Shown in pieces: positions 24,860-26,432 of a stretch of DNA of 26,432 bases. How positions within the stretch are numbered: position 1 is the first letter of the stretch; every line of letters begins with the position of its first letter. The translations under genes were made by a program, and so were the position numbers. Origin of the DNA: Patescibacteria group bacterium (lineage in GTDB: Bacteria > Patescibacteriota > Patescibacteriia > Magasanikbacterales > GWA2-37-8); assembly GCA_038064745.1 (NCBI GenBank), contig JBBTSL010000045.1, positions 1,291-27,722 on the forward strand, in the 5' to 3' direction. The notes below the pieces were generated by a model that worked only from the letters and a program-made list of their open reading frames with translations, made no database searches and was not told the origin of the DNA.

Positions 24860-26432
24860 TCATTGATGGAAAGTGAGTTCGAGATCCGCCCGCCGAGCCA
24901 TGTAGAACCGACCATTGCAAAACGGTCGGTTTTACATTTAGTAGCAGGCGTTTTCGTCGGTTCTAACCTTCTATACTCCATTTCAAGTGCAGGATAGCTT
25001 TCGATGATTGGTTTGAACCAAAAATGTGGCTGAATGCTGAGTTTTCCGTTCAAAATTGTCGGGTTCGAACCTAAAGCCATCATGATCTCTTTTTTCTTGT
25101 GAACATCACCCTTTAGGAATGCGCTGTGAGCGTAGGTGGCAAAATCAAATACTTGCTCGGTTAGTTCTAGCCAATTCTCAGCCCGAGAATCCAACCGGGC
25201 TATTTCAGAGGCTATTTTCTGCATCTCCCCCTTGAGCCTGTCGCGTTCCTTGATATAGCCATCATCGTCGATAAGGTCACGAACACGCATTCCGGTAAGG
25301 TTGTCGATCTGCGCCTGCGTTGAGGTATGAGTTTTTATTAGGGACTCATAGACTGACGATCGGGTAGTGACTTCCTTTTCATGTTCCTTTCCCAAACATT
25401 CCAGCGCCCAAGATCGGAATTCCGGCATGATAGTGAGCTTCGAAAGCTCATGCTCAACTTGCTCGGTTAAAACGTCTTCCGTAATACAAGTACGTTGAGA
25501 GCATGAAATGTCCTTTCGTTTCCGTGTGCAATGATAGTAGGTGTAGCTCTTGAGCGTCTGAGTGCTCTTAATATGCTTGGTCTTCGTTTCAGCGGTGTAC
25601 ATGCATCCGCACTCCCCACATCGGATAAAACCGGTAAAAGCGAACTCTCGCGTTTGTGGGCGTGCTTTACCGTGTTTACCTAGTAAGCGCTGAACATGAT
25701 CGAATTCTTCTTGAGTGATCATGGGAGTATGACTCCCGTTATGCCACTCTTTTTGATACGAAATCTTTCCAGTATAAAAACGATTATTGAAAATTCTATA
25801 TATGCCGCTTTCTGAAAGCGGCTTGCCACCAATATGGCGCATCTTTCGAGTTCTAAAGCCCCATTCAATATTCGCAATATCTGCAATCTTTGAGGCTGAA
25901 TATGTTCCGGTGAGCATTAAGTCCCACATCTTTCGAACCAATGGGAATCGTTCCGGATCATTAATGATTATTCCGCGGCCTTCATCGTCCTTAGCATTGA
26001 GATAGCCTAAAGAAGCCATGTTTGGCATCCAACCTTTTTCTACACGTCCACGCATGCCGCGCATTGTGTTCTTGCGAAGGTCGAGAATAAATTGATTCGC
26101 CACGCCACCTTCCATGCTTAAAATGAGCGCGTTGTCATCAGGCTTATATTCTCGATCAATTGTCTGAATGGAATGAATAACGCCTTGCTGAAGCATCCAC
26201 TGGAGCGTTCCGCTATCAACTGGATTGCGCGAAAGGCGATTAATCTGCCAACAGAGAATTCCGTGTGCATCACCCTTTTCAATACGCTCAAGCATCTCTA
26301 AAAACAGTGGACGATTGTTTGGTTGCTTTGCAGACTTCGCCTCTTCGTAAATCTCAACTATTTCCAACTTCATCTGCGCGGCAAGAATCTTGAGGCGATC
26401 AATTTGATCTTCAATGCTTTGCACCTGTCTTT
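24856..26432 (-). CDS. large serine integrase 3 (long form), 5' end outside the window
   Basis: Frame open to the window edge (..RQVQSIEDQ; catalytic YxRxS not visible); NRLSRN, NRFYTG, CGECG...YYHC...C, long coiled-coil; more than 522 aa. Confidence 0.9.
   Translation of the reverse strand, partial: RQVQSIEDQIDRLKILAAQMKLEIVEIYEEAKSAKQPNNRPLFLEMLERIEKGDAHGILCWQINRLSRNPVDSGTLQWMLQQGVIHSIQTIDREYKPDDNALILSMEGGVANQFILDLRKNTMRGMRGRVEKGWMPNMASLGYLNAKDDEGRGIIINDPERFPLVRKMWDLMLTGTYSASKIADIANIEWGFRTRKMRHIGGKPLSESGIYRIFNNRFYTGKISYQKEWHNGSHTPMITQEEFDHVQRLLGKHGKARPQTREFAFTGFIRCGECGCMYTAETKTKHIKSTQTLKSYTYYHCTRKRKDISCSQRTCITEDVLTEQVEHELSKLTIMPEFRSWALECLGKEHEKEVTTRSSVYESLIKTHTSTQAQIDNLTGMRVRDLIDDDGYIKERDRLKGEMQKIASEIARLDSRAENWLELTEQVFDFATYAHSAFLKGDVHKKKEIMMALGSNPTILNGKLSIQPHFWFKPIIESYPALEMEYRRLEPTKTPATKCKTDRFAMVGSTWLGGRISNSLSIND
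24877..24902 (+). repeat. degenerate tRNA 3'-end copy (att-like)
   Basis: GTTCGAGATCCGCCCGCCGAGCCATG versus tRNA 129-154 GTTCGATCCCCGCCCCCGGAGCCATG: 21/26 identical, ungapped, same orientation. Confidence 0.65.

Larger units (their letters stand above)
153..24902. mobile_element. tRNA-Asn-anchored genomic island (serine recombinases, terminase module, defence cargo); may continue past the window
   Basis: Starts at the tRNA 3' end; degenerate tRNA 3'-end copy at 24877-24902; multiple serine recombinases, phage-type repressor and terminase genes; AT-rich cargo. Right boundary uncertain. Confidence 0.7.

Noticed and set aside
1489-26005. Numerous short nested or antisense ORFs in the supplied track
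   Set aside because: They lie inside long motif-supported genes and show no recognisable domains.

Overview
A tRNA-Asn(GTT) gene (78-152) is followed by what looks like a ~25 kb mobile genomic island. A degenerate copy of the tRNA 3' end (21/26 nt identical) recurs at 24877-24902. The backbone has three large serine recombinases: two short paralogues pointing outward, and one long integrase cut by the window edge whose C-terminus reads through the tRNA-like remnant. It also has a Zn-finger/wHTH excisionase-like protein, a LexA/CI-type S24 repressor with a divergent promoter switch, and a phage-type ParB-MTase/MTase/TerS/TerL operon. No portal, capsid, tail, lysis or replication genes are visible. 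Cargo is mostly defence-like: a PD-(D/E)xK-like protein plus a Swt1-type HEPN protein; a PLD-SNF2 helicase plus an Eco57I/TaqI-like adenine MTase, a DUF2779 protein and a second nuclease-like protein; and a ComEC-like metallo-beta-lactamase plus a 4-TM protein. There is also a degenerate YbaK-fold protein, a VRR-NUC nuclease, a TfoX-N protein and a strongly structured candidate ncRNA/attenuator at 14394-14532. Gene style tentatively suggests a Patescibacteria/CPR host using code 11, which cannot be proven here. All protein calls are by motif recognition; no database searches were run.
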